Positions 48,393 to 59,018 of a DNA stretch of 64,000 bases are shown here, piece after piece. The translations under genes were made by a program, and so were the position numbers. Numbering within the stretch: position 1 is the first letter of the stretch; each line of letters begins with the position of its first letter. Under the pieces are notes generated by a model, which saw only the letters and a list, made by a program, of their open reading frames with translations, did not search any database and had not been told where the DNA came from. Source of the stretch: an uncultured Pelagibacteraceae bacterium (lineage in GTDB: Bacteria > Pseudomonadota > Alphaproteobacteria > Pelagibacterales > Pelagibacteraceae); contig CACNLV010000002.1 of the NCBI GenBank assembly GCA_902621345.1, forward strand, positions 32,320 through 96,319, given 5' to 3'.

Positions 48393-50071
48393 TGGACTCT
48401 AAAAATACAATAGCAGCTATAGCTTTATCATCTGCTGTAATTGTTTTATGGGCATTATTCTTTGTTCCAGAAAAATCAACAGTAGATCAAAATATTATTG
48501 AAAAAGAAAAAATTGAACAAAGCGGTGATGCACCAAGTTTAGAACAAAAGAAAACGCAAATTACAATTTCACGAGATGATGCATTAAAACAAAGTGAAAG
48601 AATTCAATTTGAAAATGAAAATATTATAGGTTCAATATCATTAAAAGGTGCATCAATAGACGATTTAACTTTTAAAAATTATAAAGTAACCCTTGATAAT
48701 GAAAAAAGAGTAACTTTATTAGGACCTCGAAATATTAAAGAAGGATATCTAATAGATAGTGGTTTTGTTACTTCTGATAAAAATGTTGATGTTCCTAATT
48801 CAGATACAATTTGGTCAATTGAAGGTAACAACAAACTCACAGACGGGTCTTCAATAAAACTATCATGGTCCAACGAACAGGGCCTAAAATTTGAAAAAAT
48901 AATATCGTTAGATGATAAATATCTTTTTACAGTTAAACAAAAAATAATTAATGAGAGTAATAATAAATATGATTTTTACTCATATGGACAAATAATTAGA
49001 AATGAAATTCCGGAAATAATTGACTTTTTAATTCTTCATGAAGGACTCATTGCAACTTTAGATGATGAATTAATAGAGGAGGATTATGATGATATTCAAG
49101 AAAAGAAGTTTACTAAAGTAGCTAATAAAGGGTGGTTAGGCATAAGTGATAAATATTGGATTACTTCCTTAATACCACCAAAAGATAAAGAGTTTAAAAC
49201 AACATTCGACTATAAAAATAAATTTAGAGCAAATTTTATTTCTACAGATCCTTTGGCATTAAATGAAAAAAGTTCAATTGAAGAAGAATTACAAATTATC
49301 GTTGCTGCAAAAAGAGTGGATGTGATAGACGGATATGCTGAAAAACTCAACATAGATAAATTTGATTTAGTTATTGATTGGGGATTTTTATACTTCATAA
49401 CCAAACCTCTATTTTATGGAATTGATTATTTCTTTAAACTACTTGGAAACTATGGTTTGGCAATTATAGCTATCACTATTTGTATTCGTTTAGTTTTTTT
49501 CCCATTAGCTAATTTCTCATTTAAAAGCATGGCAAAAATGAAAGTTCTTCAACCAGAAATGGTTCGTTTAAAAGAGCTGCACAAAAATGATAAAATGAAA
49601 CTTCAACAAGAAATGATGGCTCTTTACAAAAAGGAAAAAGTAAACCCTATGTCAGGTTGTTTGCCAATTCTTGTTCAAATACCTGTATTTTTTGCATTAT
49701 ATAAAGTTTTGTTTGTCACTATTGAAATGAGACAAATGCCATTCTATGGATGGATTCATGATTTAAGTGAGAGAGATCCTACAAGTATATTTAATATTTT
49801 TGGTTTATTACCCTACGACGTTCCAAGTTTCTTGGTTATTGGAGCTTGGCCAGTAGCAATGGGAGTTTCGATGTGGGTGCAACAAAAATTAAATCCCGCA
49901 CCTACTGATCCAATGCAGGCTAAAATTTTTGCTTTCTTCCCACTTTTCTTAACTGTAATACTCGCACCATTTCCAAGTGGGTTAGTTATTTACTGGACCG
50001 TTAATAATATTTTAACAATGGCTCAGCAAGTATTTATAATGAGAAGAACAACAGTCAAAACGACAACCTAA
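48392..50071 (+). CDS. yidC: Membrane protein insertase YidC
   Basis: N-terminal TM helix, a large periplasmic domain, and the conserved C-terminal 5-TM core (GCLPILVQIPVFFALY, PSGLVIYW). Confidence 0.95.
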   Translation: MDSKNTIAAIALSSAVIVLWALFFVPEKSTVDQNIIEKEKIEQSGDAPSLEQKKTQITISRDDALKQSERIQFENENIIGSISLKGASIDDLTFKNYKVTLDNEKRVTLLGPRNIKEGYLIDSGFVTSDKNVDVPNSDTIWSIEGNNKLTDGSSIKLSWSNEQGLKFEKIISLDDKYLFTVKQKIINESNNKYDFYSYGQIIRNEIPEIIDFLILHEGLIATLDDELIEEDYDDIQEKKFTKVANKGWLGISDKYWITSLIPPKDKEFKTTFDYKNKFRANFISTDPLALNEKSSIEEELQIIVAAKRVDVIDGYAEKLNIDKFDLVIDWGFLYFITKPLFYGIDYFFKLLGNYGLAIIAITICIRLVFFPLANFSFKSMAKMKVLQPEMVRLKELHKNDKMKLQQEMMALYKKEKVNPMSGCLPILVQIPVFFALYKVLFVTIEMRQMPFYGWIHDLSERDPTSIFNIFGLLPYDVPSFLVIGAWPVAMGVSMWVQQKLNPAPTDPMQAKIFAFFPLFLTVILAPFPSGLVIYWTVNNILTMAQQVFIMRRTTVKTTT

Positions 50072-50092
50072 ATTTTAATTTAAAACAAATTA

Positions 50093-50941
50093 ATGGACTT
50101 AAAAAAAATTCTTCCTGAAAACGGACCCCCAATAAACGAGGTTAATAAATACATAGAAAAATATAAAAATGACTTGATTGTCATTAAATATGGGGGAAAT
50201 GTTTTAATAGATAGAAATATCTTTGATAATTTTATTACTGATTTAAGTATCTTAAATAAATTAGGTCTTTCAGTTATTGTAGTTCATGGTGGAGGTCCAA
50301 GGATCAAGAGAGAATTAGGTAAATCTAATATTCAATCAAAATTTATAAGAGGGTTAAGAGTCACTGATGAAAAAATTATAAACATTGTTGAGTCAGTCTT
50401 AATAGATTTTAACAATGATATTGTAAACTCTTTGAACAAAAAAAATACAAAAGCGGTCTCCATTCACACTAAAAAAGATAATGTTATTGAGGTCGTACCA
50501 GAAGCAAAAGAACTAGGTTTTGTTGGTCTGCCAAATAAGATTAATAACGATTTTTTATTGGATATAATTCGACAAAATAAAATACCGATTATTTCACCAC
50601 TAGGCTTAGATAAGAACAATCAAACATATAATATTAATGGTGATACTGCGGCAATGGCTGTAGCCAAATCTGTCAAATCAAGGAGATTACTATTGATGAC
50701 AAATGTTGATGGTGTTTTAAATAAAGAAAAAAAACTTATAGATGAAATATCCTCATCCGAAATATTAGAGATGGTAAAAGATGAGACAATAACTGAAGGG
50801 ATGATACCTAAAATAAATGCTTGTCTAGATGCTGTCAATAATGGAGTTACAGCAGCTGGTATAATTAATGGTACTAAAAAACATTCTTGTTTGTGGGAAA
50901 TTTTTTCAGACAAGGGATCAGGCACATTAATAAGAAAATGA
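50093..50941 (+). CDS. argB: Acetylglutamate kinase
   Basis: IKYGGN, VVHGGGP and NINGDTAA motifs. Confidence 0.93.
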   Translation: MDLKKILPENGPPINEVNKYIEKYKNDLIVIKYGGNVLIDRNIFDNFITDLSILNKLGLSVIVVHGGGPRIKRELGKSNIQSKFIRGLRVTDEKIINIVESVLIDFNNDIVNSLNKKNTKAVSIHTKKDNVIEVVPEAKELGFVGLPNKINNDFLLDIIRQNKIPIISPLGLDKNNQTYNINGDTAAMAVAKSVKSRRLLLMTNVDGVLNKEKKLIDEISSSEILEMVKDETITEGMIPKINACLDAVNNGVTAAGIINGTKKHSCLWEIFSDKGSGTLIRK

Positions 50942-51627
50942 ATTTAAAAGAAAAAAAATATCTGCTACTTGATCTTGATGGTGTTTGTTATGGTAAGCAC
51001 AACAACTATTCTTTAGAGCGTGTATTTGGTCAAGTTTCAAAGAGGATGACTCAATTTATATCAGAAAAACTTAAAATTGATAAAAATAAAGCTAAAGAAT
51101 TACAAACAAATTATTTCTATAAATATAATACATCATTAAGAGGATTAATGGTCCATAATGGAATATCACCAGATGAATTTTTATCTTACGTCCATGAAAT
51201 TGATTTATCATTTATGAAAGAAGATAAAATTATGAGAAATGAGCTTAAACAATTAGATATGGAAAAATTTATCTTCACCAATGGTAGTGCTGAACATGCT
51301 GCTAATATTTTAACTCACTTGGGTGTGTATGATTTGTTTGGAAGAGATAAGGTTTTTGATATTAAAGACGCTGGTTATGTACCTAAACCAGAAGCAGAAA
51401 CCTTCGACTTAATGGTAAAAAAATTTGGTATAAATCCAAAAGAGACTATTTACATTGAAGATATAGCTAAAAATTTAAGTATAGGTCACGAACGAGGGTG
51501 TACAACCGTTTGGTTAATTAATGATGAGCATTTTGGAAAAATGGATGCAGACAAAGATTTTATTTCACACAAAATTGAAAATCTGTCTTTATTTCTAAAA
51601 GAAATAAGGCTATTAAAAAGTAATTAA
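50938..51627 (+). CDS. HAD-superfamily pyrimidine 5'-nucleotidase-like hydrolase
   Basis: DLDGV (DxD nucleophile), [14 protein letters not shown] and EDIAKNL motifs. The start is taken at the Met that overlaps the argB stop (ATGA). Confidence 0.72.
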   Translation: MNLKEKKYLLLDLDGVCYGKHNNYSLERVFGQVSKRMTQFISEKLKIDKNKAKELQTNYFYKYNTSLRGLMVHNGISPDEFLSYVHEIDLSFMKEDKIMRNELKQLDMEKFIFTNGSAEHAANILTHLGVYDLFGRDKVFDIKDAGYVPKPEAETFDLMVKKFGINPKETIYIEDIAKNLSIGHERGCTTVWLINDEHFGKMDADKDFISHKIENLSLFLKEIRLLKSN

Positions 51628-51629
51628 TT

Positions 51630-52457
51630 ATGTCTTTAGAAAAAATAATCAATGATGCTTGGGAAAATAAAGATCAGGTAAACCAAAATTCTGATCAAAA
51701 TTTAAAAGATGCTATTAACCAAGTTATTGCTGATTTAGATAGTGGTAAATCAAGAATTGCTGAGAAAATAAATGGAGAATGGGTAACTCATCAGTACCTT
51801 AAGAAAGCTATAATGTTAAGTTTTAGAATTTACCCAATGGAAAATTTAAATGGTCCTTATAGTAGTTGGTATGATAAATCACATTTATTAAAAGGTAAAA
51901 CTGCAGGATGGACCAAAGCTGATCATGAAAAAGCAGGTTTTAGAATGGTTCCGAACTCACCAGTAAGAAAAGGTTCATTTGTCGGAAAAAACGCTGTTCT
52001 TATGCCATGTTATGTAAACATTGGAGCATATATTGACGAAGGAACGATGATAGATACTTTTGCAAGAGCTGGTAGTTGTTGTCAGATAGGTAAGAATTGC
52101 CATATTTCTGCAGGTTCGGGTGTTGGTGGAGTTCTAGAGCCCGCGCAAGCTTTACCAACAATCATAGAGGATAATGTATTTCTTGGAGCGATGTCAGAGG
52201 TAGTTGAAGGCGTAATTGTTGGAGAAGGTTCAGTTTTAAGTATGGGCATGTATATTGGTCAATCAACTAAAATAGTTGAAAGGAAAACTGGGAAAATTAC
52301 TTATGGTAAAATACCACCTTATTCAGTTGTAGTTCCAGGCTCGTTGCCTGATAAAAATAATTCTTCTGCACCCTCATTGTATTGTGCAGTAATAATTAAA
52401 CAAGTTGATGAAAAAACAAGATCTAAAACTTCCATTAACGACCTCTTAAGAGACTAA
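51630..52457 (+). CDS. dapD: 2,3,4,5-tetrahydropyridine-2,6-dicarboxylate N-succinyltransferase
   Basis: Left-handed beta-helix hexapeptide repeats, and 275 aa of DapD architecture ([18 protein letters not shown]). Confidence 0.92.
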   Translation: MSLEKIINDAWENKDQVNQNSDQNLKDAINQVIADLDSGKSRIAEKINGEWVTHQYLKKAIMLSFRIYPMENLNGPYSSWYDKSHLLKGKTAGWTKADHEKAGFRMVPNSPVRKGSFVGKNAVLMPCYVNIGAYIDEGTMIDTFARAGSCCQIGKNCHISAGSGVGGVLEPAQALPTIIEDNVFLGAMSEVVEGVIVGEGSVLSMGMYIGQSTKIVERKTGKITYGKIPPYSVVVPGSLPDKNNSSAPSLYCAVIIKQVDEKTRSKTSINDLLRD

Positions 52458-52459
52458 AA

Positions 52460-53617
52460 ATGAAAACTTTAAATGAGTTAAAATTAGCTAAAGAGCTAAT
52501 CAGATTTCCTTCTATCACCCCAGTTGATGCTGGGGTAATGAAATTTTTAGAAAAAAAATTAAAAAAATTAGGTTTCAAAACAAAAATATTGGAATTTAAA
52601 GAAAGAGGATTTCAACCTGTGAAAAACTTGTATGCAAGATTAGGATCTAAGAAACCAAATTTTATGTTTGCAGGACATGTTGATATTGTCCCTCCAGGAA
52701 ACATTAAGGATTGGACAATAAATCCATTTAAACCATCTATCAAAAAAGGCCATTTAATTGGGAGAGGTGCAAATGATATGAAAAGCTCTGTTGCGGCTTT
52801 TGTGTCTGCTGTAAGCACTTTTTTATCAAAAAATAAAAAATTCAACGGTTCAATAAGTTTACTTATTACAGGAGATGAAGAGGGTGATGCAGTAAATGGC
52901 ACCAAAAAAGTTGTAGATTATTTAAAAAAAAGGAAAGAGAAAATTAACTTTTGTCTTGTTGGTGAACCAACAAATCCAAATAAATTAGGTGAAATGATAA
53001 AGATTGGACGTAGGGGTAGTTTAACTGGTAAATTAAATATTTTTGGTCAGCAAGGCCATGTTGCATATCCTCACAAAGCTAACAATCCCTCAACTATAAT
53101 TGTAAAAATTTTAAAAGAATTAAAAGATATTAAATTTGATAGAGGATCAAAAAACTTCCAACCTTCAAACTTAGAGGTTACAAAAATAAATATAAATAAT
53201 AACGCTGATAATGTTATCCCGGCTATGGCTGAGGCAACATTTAATATAAGGTTTAATAATAAACATTCGTCAAATTCTATTAAAAATAGACTTAATAAAA
53301 TTTTTAAAAAAATAACCAAGAAAAATAAATCAAAATTTAAAATTGATTATAGAGTTTCAGGTGAGGCGTTTCTAACAAAGCCAAATAAAACAACGCATAT
53401 GATACAAAATATCATAAAAAAAGTGACTAAAATTAAACCAAAGCTATCTACTACGGGTGGAACCTCAGATTTGAGATTCATAAGAAAAATATCACCTGGA
53501 TTAGAATTTGGGCTTGTTGGAAAAACAATGCATAAAGTTGATGAAGCCGTATCTTTAAAAGATTTGAAAAATCTTAAAAAAATTTATGAAAACATTTTAA
53601 TAAATTATTTTAAATGA
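52460..53617 (+). CDS. dapE: Succinyl-diaminopimelate desuccinylase
   Basis: M20 peptidase motifs (FAGHVDIVPPG, GRGANDMK, GDEEG). Adjacent to dapD. Confidence 0.9.
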   Translation: MKTLNELKLAKELIRFPSITPVDAGVMKFLEKKLKKLGFKTKILEFKERGFQPVKNLYARLGSKKPNFMFAGHVDIVPPGNIKDWTINPFKPSIKKGHLIGRGANDMKSSVAAFVSAVSTFLSKNKKFNGSISLLITGDEEGDAVNGTKKVVDYLKKRKEKINFCLVGEPTNPNKLGEMIKIGRRGSLTGKLNIFGQQGHVAYPHKANNPSTIIVKILKELKDIKFDRGSKNFQPSNLEVTKININNNADNVIPAMAEATFNIRFNNKHSSNSIKNRLNKIFKKITKKNKSKFKIDYRVSGEAFLTKPNKTTHMIQNIIKKVTKIKPKLSTTGGTSDLRFIRKISPGLEFGLVGKTMHKVDEAVSLKDLKNLKKIYENILINYFK

Positions 53618-54537
53618 AAACAGCGATCATAAATTCTGACTCTTATGAGAAACATAACACTGGCGATGGTCATCCTGAGCAGCCTAAAAGAGTAATTGCT
53701 ATAAAAGAAAAGTTAAAAAAAAGAAAAGACCTAATCTGGAATAAGCCAGATAATGTTCCTGATGATATATTGTCTATGACACATTCAAAAGACTATATAA
53801 ATAATTTAAAAGATTCTTTTCCTCAAAAAGGCCTTAAGTTTCTAGATGGCGATACTGTTGTATCACCCGAAAGTAAAAAAGCAGTTTTTGATGCTGCTGG
53901 TTCAACAATAAGAGCAATAGATGGAATAGAGAGTAATCAATTTAAAAATGCGTTCTGTTTGGCTAGACCACCTGGGCACCATGCTGAAAAAAATAAAGCT
54001 ATGGGATTTTGTTGTATATCAAACGCGGGAGTAGCAACAAACTATTTGGTGTCAAAATATAAATACAAAAAAATTGCCTGTGTAGATTTTGACGTGCACT
54101 GGGGTAATGGAAATTATGATGTCATGCGTAATAATAAAAATTCATTATATATTTCTACGCATCAATATCCTTTTTATCCTGGAGGTGGAACAGATAAAGA
54201 TAAAGGAGACTTTAATAATTCATTGAATATCCCTTTACCCGCTGGGACGAACTCTGAAGAATACTTTAATGCATTTGATAGGGTGTTAGAAAGATTAGTT
54301 CAATATAAACCAGATTTTCTCGTATTTTCAGCAGGTTTTGATGCACATAAAGATGATCCATTAGCTCAATTTCAACTTACTTCAAAAGATTTTTATGAAA
54401 TTACTAAAAGAACATTAGCGGCTACTAATAAGTTTACCGCAGGTAAAGTTGTTTCTATACTTGAAGGTGGATATGATTTAAATGCTTTAGCAGAAAGCGC
54501 TAACGAACATGTTAATGCATTGGTAGAGTTCAATTGA
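53614..54537 (+). CDS. Histone deacetylase (HDAC/AcuC/APAH) family protein
   Basis: RPPGHHA catalytic His pair, the DFDVHWGNG zinc ligand block, and SAGFDAH...DPL and EGGY motifs. Confidence 0.88.
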   Translation: MKTAIINSDSYEKHNTGDGHPEQPKRVIAIKEKLKKRKDLIWNKPDNVPDDILSMTHSKDYINNLKDSFPQKGLKFLDGDTVVSPESKKAVFDAAGSTIRAIDGIESNQFKNAFCLARPPGHHAEKNKAMGFCCISNAGVATNYLVSKYKYKKIACVDFDVHWGNGNYDVMRNNKNSLYISTHQYPFYPGGGTDKDKGDFNNSLNIPLPAGTNSEEYFNAFDRVLERLVQYKPDFLVFSAGFDAHKDDPLAQFQLTSKDFYEITKRTLAATNKFTAGKVVSILEGGYDLNALAESANEHVNALVEFN

Positions 54538-54567
54538 TATATTTCTAGCCCATCATAAATCGACATC

Positions 54568-55062
54568 ATGAAACTATACAAAATAAGAAAATCAAAAATT
54601 GATAGTAAAGGTCGTGGACTTTATGCTATTAAAAATATCAAAGAAGGTACAAAAATTATTAATTACTTAGGAAAAATAATTACAAATAAAGAAGTTGAAG
54701 AATCAGATAAATATGACAATAAAAAACCTATTTATCTATTTACTCTAAATAAAAAATATACCTTAGATGGTGATTTCTCATTTAATATTGCTGGATTGGT
54801 AAATCATAGTTGTGATGCGAACGCACGTTATGATGGTAAGGGTTTAAAAATTTGGATAACAGCTGATAGAGATATTAAAAAGGGCGAAGAGATAACTTGT
54901 GATTATGGTTTTAGTTTTGATAAAGAAGATTACAAACAATTTCCTTGTAAATGTAAATCAAAAAATTGTTGTGGTTTTATAATTCGTGAGGAAAGTAGAT
55001 GGCGAATACACCGTAAATTTGCGATGAGTAATAAAAAAAAATTAATACATAACTCTCGTTAA
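54568..55062 (+). CDS. SET-domain protein lysine methyltransferase
   Basis: GRGLYA (GxG), NHSCDANA (NHSC), EITCDYGF (ELxxDY) and the post-SET Cys cluster CKCKSKNCCG. Confidence 0.88.
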   Translation: MKLYKIRKSKIDSKGRGLYAIKNIKEGTKIINYLGKIITNKEVEESDKYDNKKPIYLFTLNKKYTLDGDFSFNIAGLVNHSCDANARYDGKGLKIWITADRDIKKGEEITCDYGFSFDKEDYKQFPCKCKSKNCCGFIIREESRWRIHRKFAMSNKKKLIHNSR

Positions 55063-55782
55063 ATAGAGACCTTGAGGTGGTGCAGGTGGAGCACATAATT
55101 CTCTTTTTTTAGACTGCATTACATTTACAAATCTTTTTAATGTCCATTTTTCTTCCCCAACATATTTTAAACAACCAACCATAGACCGAACTTGTTGTTG
55201 TAAGAAAGATTGAGATCTGAATTCTATTTCAATCTTATTTTTTGTAGATCTAATTTTTACCGATCTCATAGTCTTTATTGGACTTTTAGCCCTACAACTC
55301 GATTTTCTAAAAGTACTAAAATCTTTAGTGCCAATCAATTTTCTTGCAGCGTCTTTCATTAATTTTAAATTAAGATCTTTTATAATATGCCAGCCTCTAT
55401 TTTTATCTAAAACTGGTCCACTAATCCGATTAATAATCACATAATTATAAACTCTCATTTTAGCTGAAAATCTAGCATGAAAATTATTACCTCTTTTTGT
55501 AATTTTAAGTATTGCTATTCCATCTTTATTTAAAAAATGATTGATTGATTTTAAAAACCTATTAATTTTGATAATCTTATTTTTACAATCAAAATGTGCT
55601 GACTGTTCTTTAGCATGTACACCAACATCTAATCTTCCAGCCCCATATATTATGATTTTTTCTTTTAAAAGTTTTGAAATTTTCTCTTGTAATAACCCCT
55701 GGACAGTTTTTCCTTTTTTTTGAATTTGCCACCCCCTAAAATTAGTGCCCTCATATTCAATTAATATTTGATACCTAAACAT
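55042..55782 (-). CDS. truA: tRNA pseudouridine(38-40) synthase
   Basis: YEGTNFRGWQIQ and GAGRLDVGVHA (catalytic Asp) motifs. Confidence 0.92.
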   Translation of the reverse strand: MFRYQILIEYEGTNFRGWQIQKKGKTVQGLLQEKISKLLKEKIIIYGAGRLDVGVHAKEQSAHFDCKNKIIKINRFLKSINHFLNKDGIAILKITKRGNNFHARFSAKMRVYNYVIINRISGPVLDKNRGWHIIKDLNLKLMKDAARKLIGTKDFSTFRKSSCRAKSPIKTMRSVKIRSTKNKIEIEFRSQSFLQQQVRSMVGCLKYVGEEKWTLKRFVNVMQSKKRELCAPPAPPQGLYLTRVMY

Positions 55783-56707
55783 TTAATAACTTTGAGCCCT
55801 TCTTAATTTGAGAGCCCAACATGAATTCGCTAATTTTTTGTGGTCTTTTCCCTTGTCTTTGAATTTCGAGAATCTTAATAGATTGGTTTTTATTACATGC
55901 TACTTCCAGCTGATTTGAAATTATTTCTCCAACTTGACCTTTGCCATTACCAATTTCGGCTTTCAAAATTTTATATCTTTCGCCGTTAAAACTAAAAGAA
56001 GCACCTGGGGAGGGAAATAATCCATTTATTTTTCCAATTATTTTAGGGGCATCCTCGTCCCAATCAATCTGTGACTCCTCTTTATCAATTTTTTTTGCAT
56101 AAGTAGCTTTTGAATGATCCTGATCAATAAACTTCGCCTTATCTTCAAGTATATCATCCACATTATCTAAAATTTTTTCAGCAGCCAAAGCAGATAGTTT
56201 TTCTGAAATTTCTTGAGCATTTTGGTTTTGGTCTATTTTGATTTTATAAACATTACTAACTGGACCGCTATCCAATTCTTTTTTGATCTTCATAATACTT
56301 ATGCCCGTTTCAGGATCTAAATTCATGATTGATCTCTGGATTGGCGCTGCACCTCGCCAACTAGGAAGAATCGAGGCGTGAATATTTACAAAACCTTTTT
56401 TGGTTAAGTTTAAAAAATTTTCAGGAATTATTTGTCCATATGCACACACTATTGCAAGATCGGCGTTTAACTCTTTTAAAAATTCATACTCCTCATGATT
56501 ATCCTTAAGTGTCTTGGGTGTTCTATAATCTATATTTAAAGTTTCTGAGATACCCTGAATAGGACTTTTGTTAATTTTTTGTCCTCTATGAGATTTTTGC
56601 GGCGGTTGAGTAAAAACCACAGAAATATTATAACCATTTTGATATAGGGATTTTAAGATAGGAACACAAAATATTGGTGTACCCATAAAGATAATCTTAT
56701 TTGCCAT
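55775..56707 (-). CDS. fmt: Methionyl-tRNA formyltransferase
   Basis: IIFMGTP, NIHASILPSWRGAAPIQ motif. def-fmt synteny. Confidence 0.93.
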   Translation of the reverse strand: MANKIIFMGTPIFCVPILKSLYQNGYNISVVFTQPPQKSHRGQKINKSPIQGISETLNIDYRTPKTLKDNHEEYEFLKELNADLAIVCAYGQIIPENFLNLTKKGFVNIHASILPSWRGAAPIQRSIMNLDPETGISIMKIKKELDSGPVSNVYKIKIDQNQNAQEISEKLSALAAEKILDNVDDILEDKAKFIDQDHSKATYAKKIDKEESQIDWDEDAPKIIGKINGLFPSPGASFSFNGERYKILKAEIGNGKGQVGEIISNQLEVACNKNQSIKILEIQRQGKRPQKISEFMLGSQIKKGSKLLNV

Positions 56708-56709
56708 CT

Positions 56710-57234
56710 TTAAACTACTATTCTGTCTGGATTTTTTTTAATTTTTGAAATTTTTTTTATAATAAAATCTTTCTTTAATTTTGATAAATGGTCAATAATT
56801 AATTTTCCATCTAAATGATTTATTTCATGTTGAATACAAGTAGATAAAAGGCCATCACATTTAAGATTTTTCTTCTCTCCCTTTTCGTCAATATACTCAA
56901 CCTCACATATTTTTGGTCTTTCAATTTCTATAAATGTTTCAGGTATTGAAAGACACCCCTCCTCGTAAACTGACTTATCATCGCCTAATTTTTTGATCAC
57001 TGGATTGACTAATGCTATCGGTTGATTCTTTTCATCTTTATTTGAGATATCTACAACTAAAATTCTTTTAAGAATACCTATTTGAACTGCAGCAAGGCCA
57101 ATTCCATTTGCATTGTACATTGTGACAAACAAATCATCTATTAGTTTTTTTTCATTGACGCCTATTTTCTCTATTGGTTGAGAAACTTTTTTTAATATTT
57201 CATCTGGCACAGTAATAATTTCTTTGATAGTCAT
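56710..57234 (-). CDS. def: Peptide deformylase
   Basis: GIGLAAVQIG, EGCLS and HEINHLDG motifs. Confidence 0.95.
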   Translation of the reverse strand: MTIKEIITVPDEILKKVSQPIEKIGVNEKKLIDDLFVTMYNANGIGLAAVQIGILKRILVVDISNKDEKNQPIALVNPVIKKLGDDKSVYEEGCLSIPETFIEIERPKICEVEYIDEKGEKKNLKCDGLLSTCIQHEINHLDGKLIIDHLSKLKKDFIIKKISKIKKNPDRIVV

Positions 57235-57257
57235 CAGATAAATAAATAAACTAATTT

Positions 57258-59018
57258 TTATACTTTTAAAGGAAGAACTTTTAACAAAATTTTATTTCTT
57301 ATTGAGTCAATATTTAATTGGTTTAAAGCACTAATTATAAAGTAAATTGTGTCTTCATCCATTCTCTCAAGTTTATCTTGACCAATAACCTCAACAATTC
57401 TTAGTAAAGCTGCACCAGCCTCATTATTATTGATCATTATTTGTATATCTGTCGGCATTTCGTTTTCACTTAGCACATATAAATCGTCAAATTTTTCAGA
57501 AATTTTTATACCATCTGCTTTTAAAGATTCTAAAAATATTACATCTTTTTTGGAAAAAGAATATCTTTTATTTTTTTTAATTTTTTTTAGAAAATTATTG
57601 ATATCTTTCTCTATTTTTGATTTTGCATAATCTCCATTAAAATAATTGATTAATTTTGATTGATACATAACATCATTGTTATATTTTATCTCATCAGGTA
57701 ATTTATTGTCTAGATTAATATTTGTATAATAAAAACTAGTTAAATTATCGGGTATTTCAGTTGGGTTAATTTCATTTAGAAATTTTTTTAATTCAACATC
57801 AAAAGCATTATTCAAATTATCTTTTTTAAATAAATTCTTTAAGATCTTTAATAATTTCAATTTTTCTATCATTTCTGATTCAAGTAAAATTTTCTGATAA
57901 AGTAATGCTCTTGCTTCAATGTTAGATAAAGATTTGTATGATTCTTTAGCATTTAAAAGTTGATTAATATTAAATTGAAATTTCATATAAATTTTAAACA
58001 ACTCATTTTCTGAATAATTCTTATTATGAACTGCTTTTTCAATATTTGAAATCTTATCAATTTCTGTAATTTCAATTTCTTTAAAAGAAGATAATAAATT
58101 TGCTGAAGATAGATATTTCCAAATAATCTTAGCCGTTTTTTCATCTGGTTCAAATTCAAAATTTGGAATTGTCTTATGAGCAAGATAAAAATCAAATATT
58201 GATTTTTGGGATATTAGGTTGTCAGTTGAGGTATATCCAAGCAGATAATCAATTTTTTTTTCAAAATATTTATCTTTAAAACCCAACTCCTTTTTTAAAT
58301 CTAAAATCAATTGAGCCTCCTCAGTTCTTCCCAAATTTACAAGACAATATATGTTAAATTTTGAGAGGTACTCATCAGTGATGGGTTTCGAACTCTCAGA
58401 AAATAAATCACATGCTTTTTCCAATTTAGACTCGGATATATAATGATCAATGAAGTGCCTTGATAGTTTAGGGTTATCATTTAGAATATCATTTTTTTTT
58501 AAATATTCTTCAATTAAATCAAAATTTGAATTTTTTATTAGCCAGTCAGATTTAAGACTTAAAAATTCTTTCTGAGTAATATTTTTTTTTGGATAGTGAG
58601 CATTTATTAAAATTGATACATTCATTAACTCTGTAGCATCTTGTGAAAGATTTAGTTTTGTAATTCTTTTAAATAGTTCTTTTAATTGATCACCATCTGA
58701 ATTACTCCACATATCTATATTTAGTCCATAATCTTGAGGATCATATAAGCCTGCAATTTTTATTTTTTTTGAATCTAAAGAAGTATCTTCAACAATGCTC
58801 AAAGCTTCATTATTTGTGACTTTTTTGTAAATACTAATTTCACTATTTGAATTATTACCCTCATTTATTGGTAGACTAGAGTCCGAATTTTGATTGTTGT
58901 TTTCTTTATTTAATTTCCAAATATCAACAGGCTTATCTGATGAATGTGACTTAAAAGAGATTAATAATACGAAAGTAATAAGTAAAAGTTTTTTACTTAA
59001 TAATTTTGAATTTTTCAT
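57258..59018 (-). CDS. Hypothetical secreted/periplasmic all-alpha protein (586 aa)
   Basis: A clear signal peptide (KKLLLITFVLLISFKSHSS), then a low-complexity Asn/Ser linker and a long helical region. No family recognised. Confidence 0.6.
   Translation of the reverse strand: MKNSKLLSKKLLLITFVLLISFKSHSSDKPVDIWKLNKENNNQNSDSSLPINEGNNSNSEISIYKKVTNNEALSIVEDTSLDSKKIKIAGLYDPQDYGLNIDMWSNSDGDQLKELFKRITKLNLSQDATELMNVSILINAHYPKKNITQKEFLSLKSDWLIKNSNFDLIEEYLKKNDILNDNPKLSRHFIDHYISESKLEKACDLFSESSKPITDEYLSKFNIYCLVNLGRTEEAQLILDLKKELGFKDKYFEKKIDYLLGYTSTDNLISQKSIFDFYLAHKTIPNFEFEPDEKTAKIIWKYLSSANLLSSFKEIEITEIDKISNIEKAVHNKNYSENELFKIYMKFQFNINQLLNAKESYKSLSNIEARALLYQKILLESEMIEKLKLLKILKNLFKKDNLNNAFDVELKKFLNEINPTEIPDNLTSFYYTNINLDNKLPDEIKYNNDVMYQSKLINYFNGDYAKSKIEKDINNFLKKIKKNKRYSFSKKDVIFLESLKADGIKISEKFDDLYVLSENEMPTDIQIMINNNEAGAALLRIVEVIGQDKLERMDEDTIYFIISALNQLNIDSIRNKILLKVLPLKV

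Noticed and set aside
50887-50937. N-terminal extensions of the HAD hydrolase (from 50887) and of the J-domain protein (61060-61101)
   Set aside because: The extensions overlap the preceding or divergent gene and carry no conserved residues. Internal Mets give the standard N-termini (DxD motif near the start; ATGA coupling with argB).
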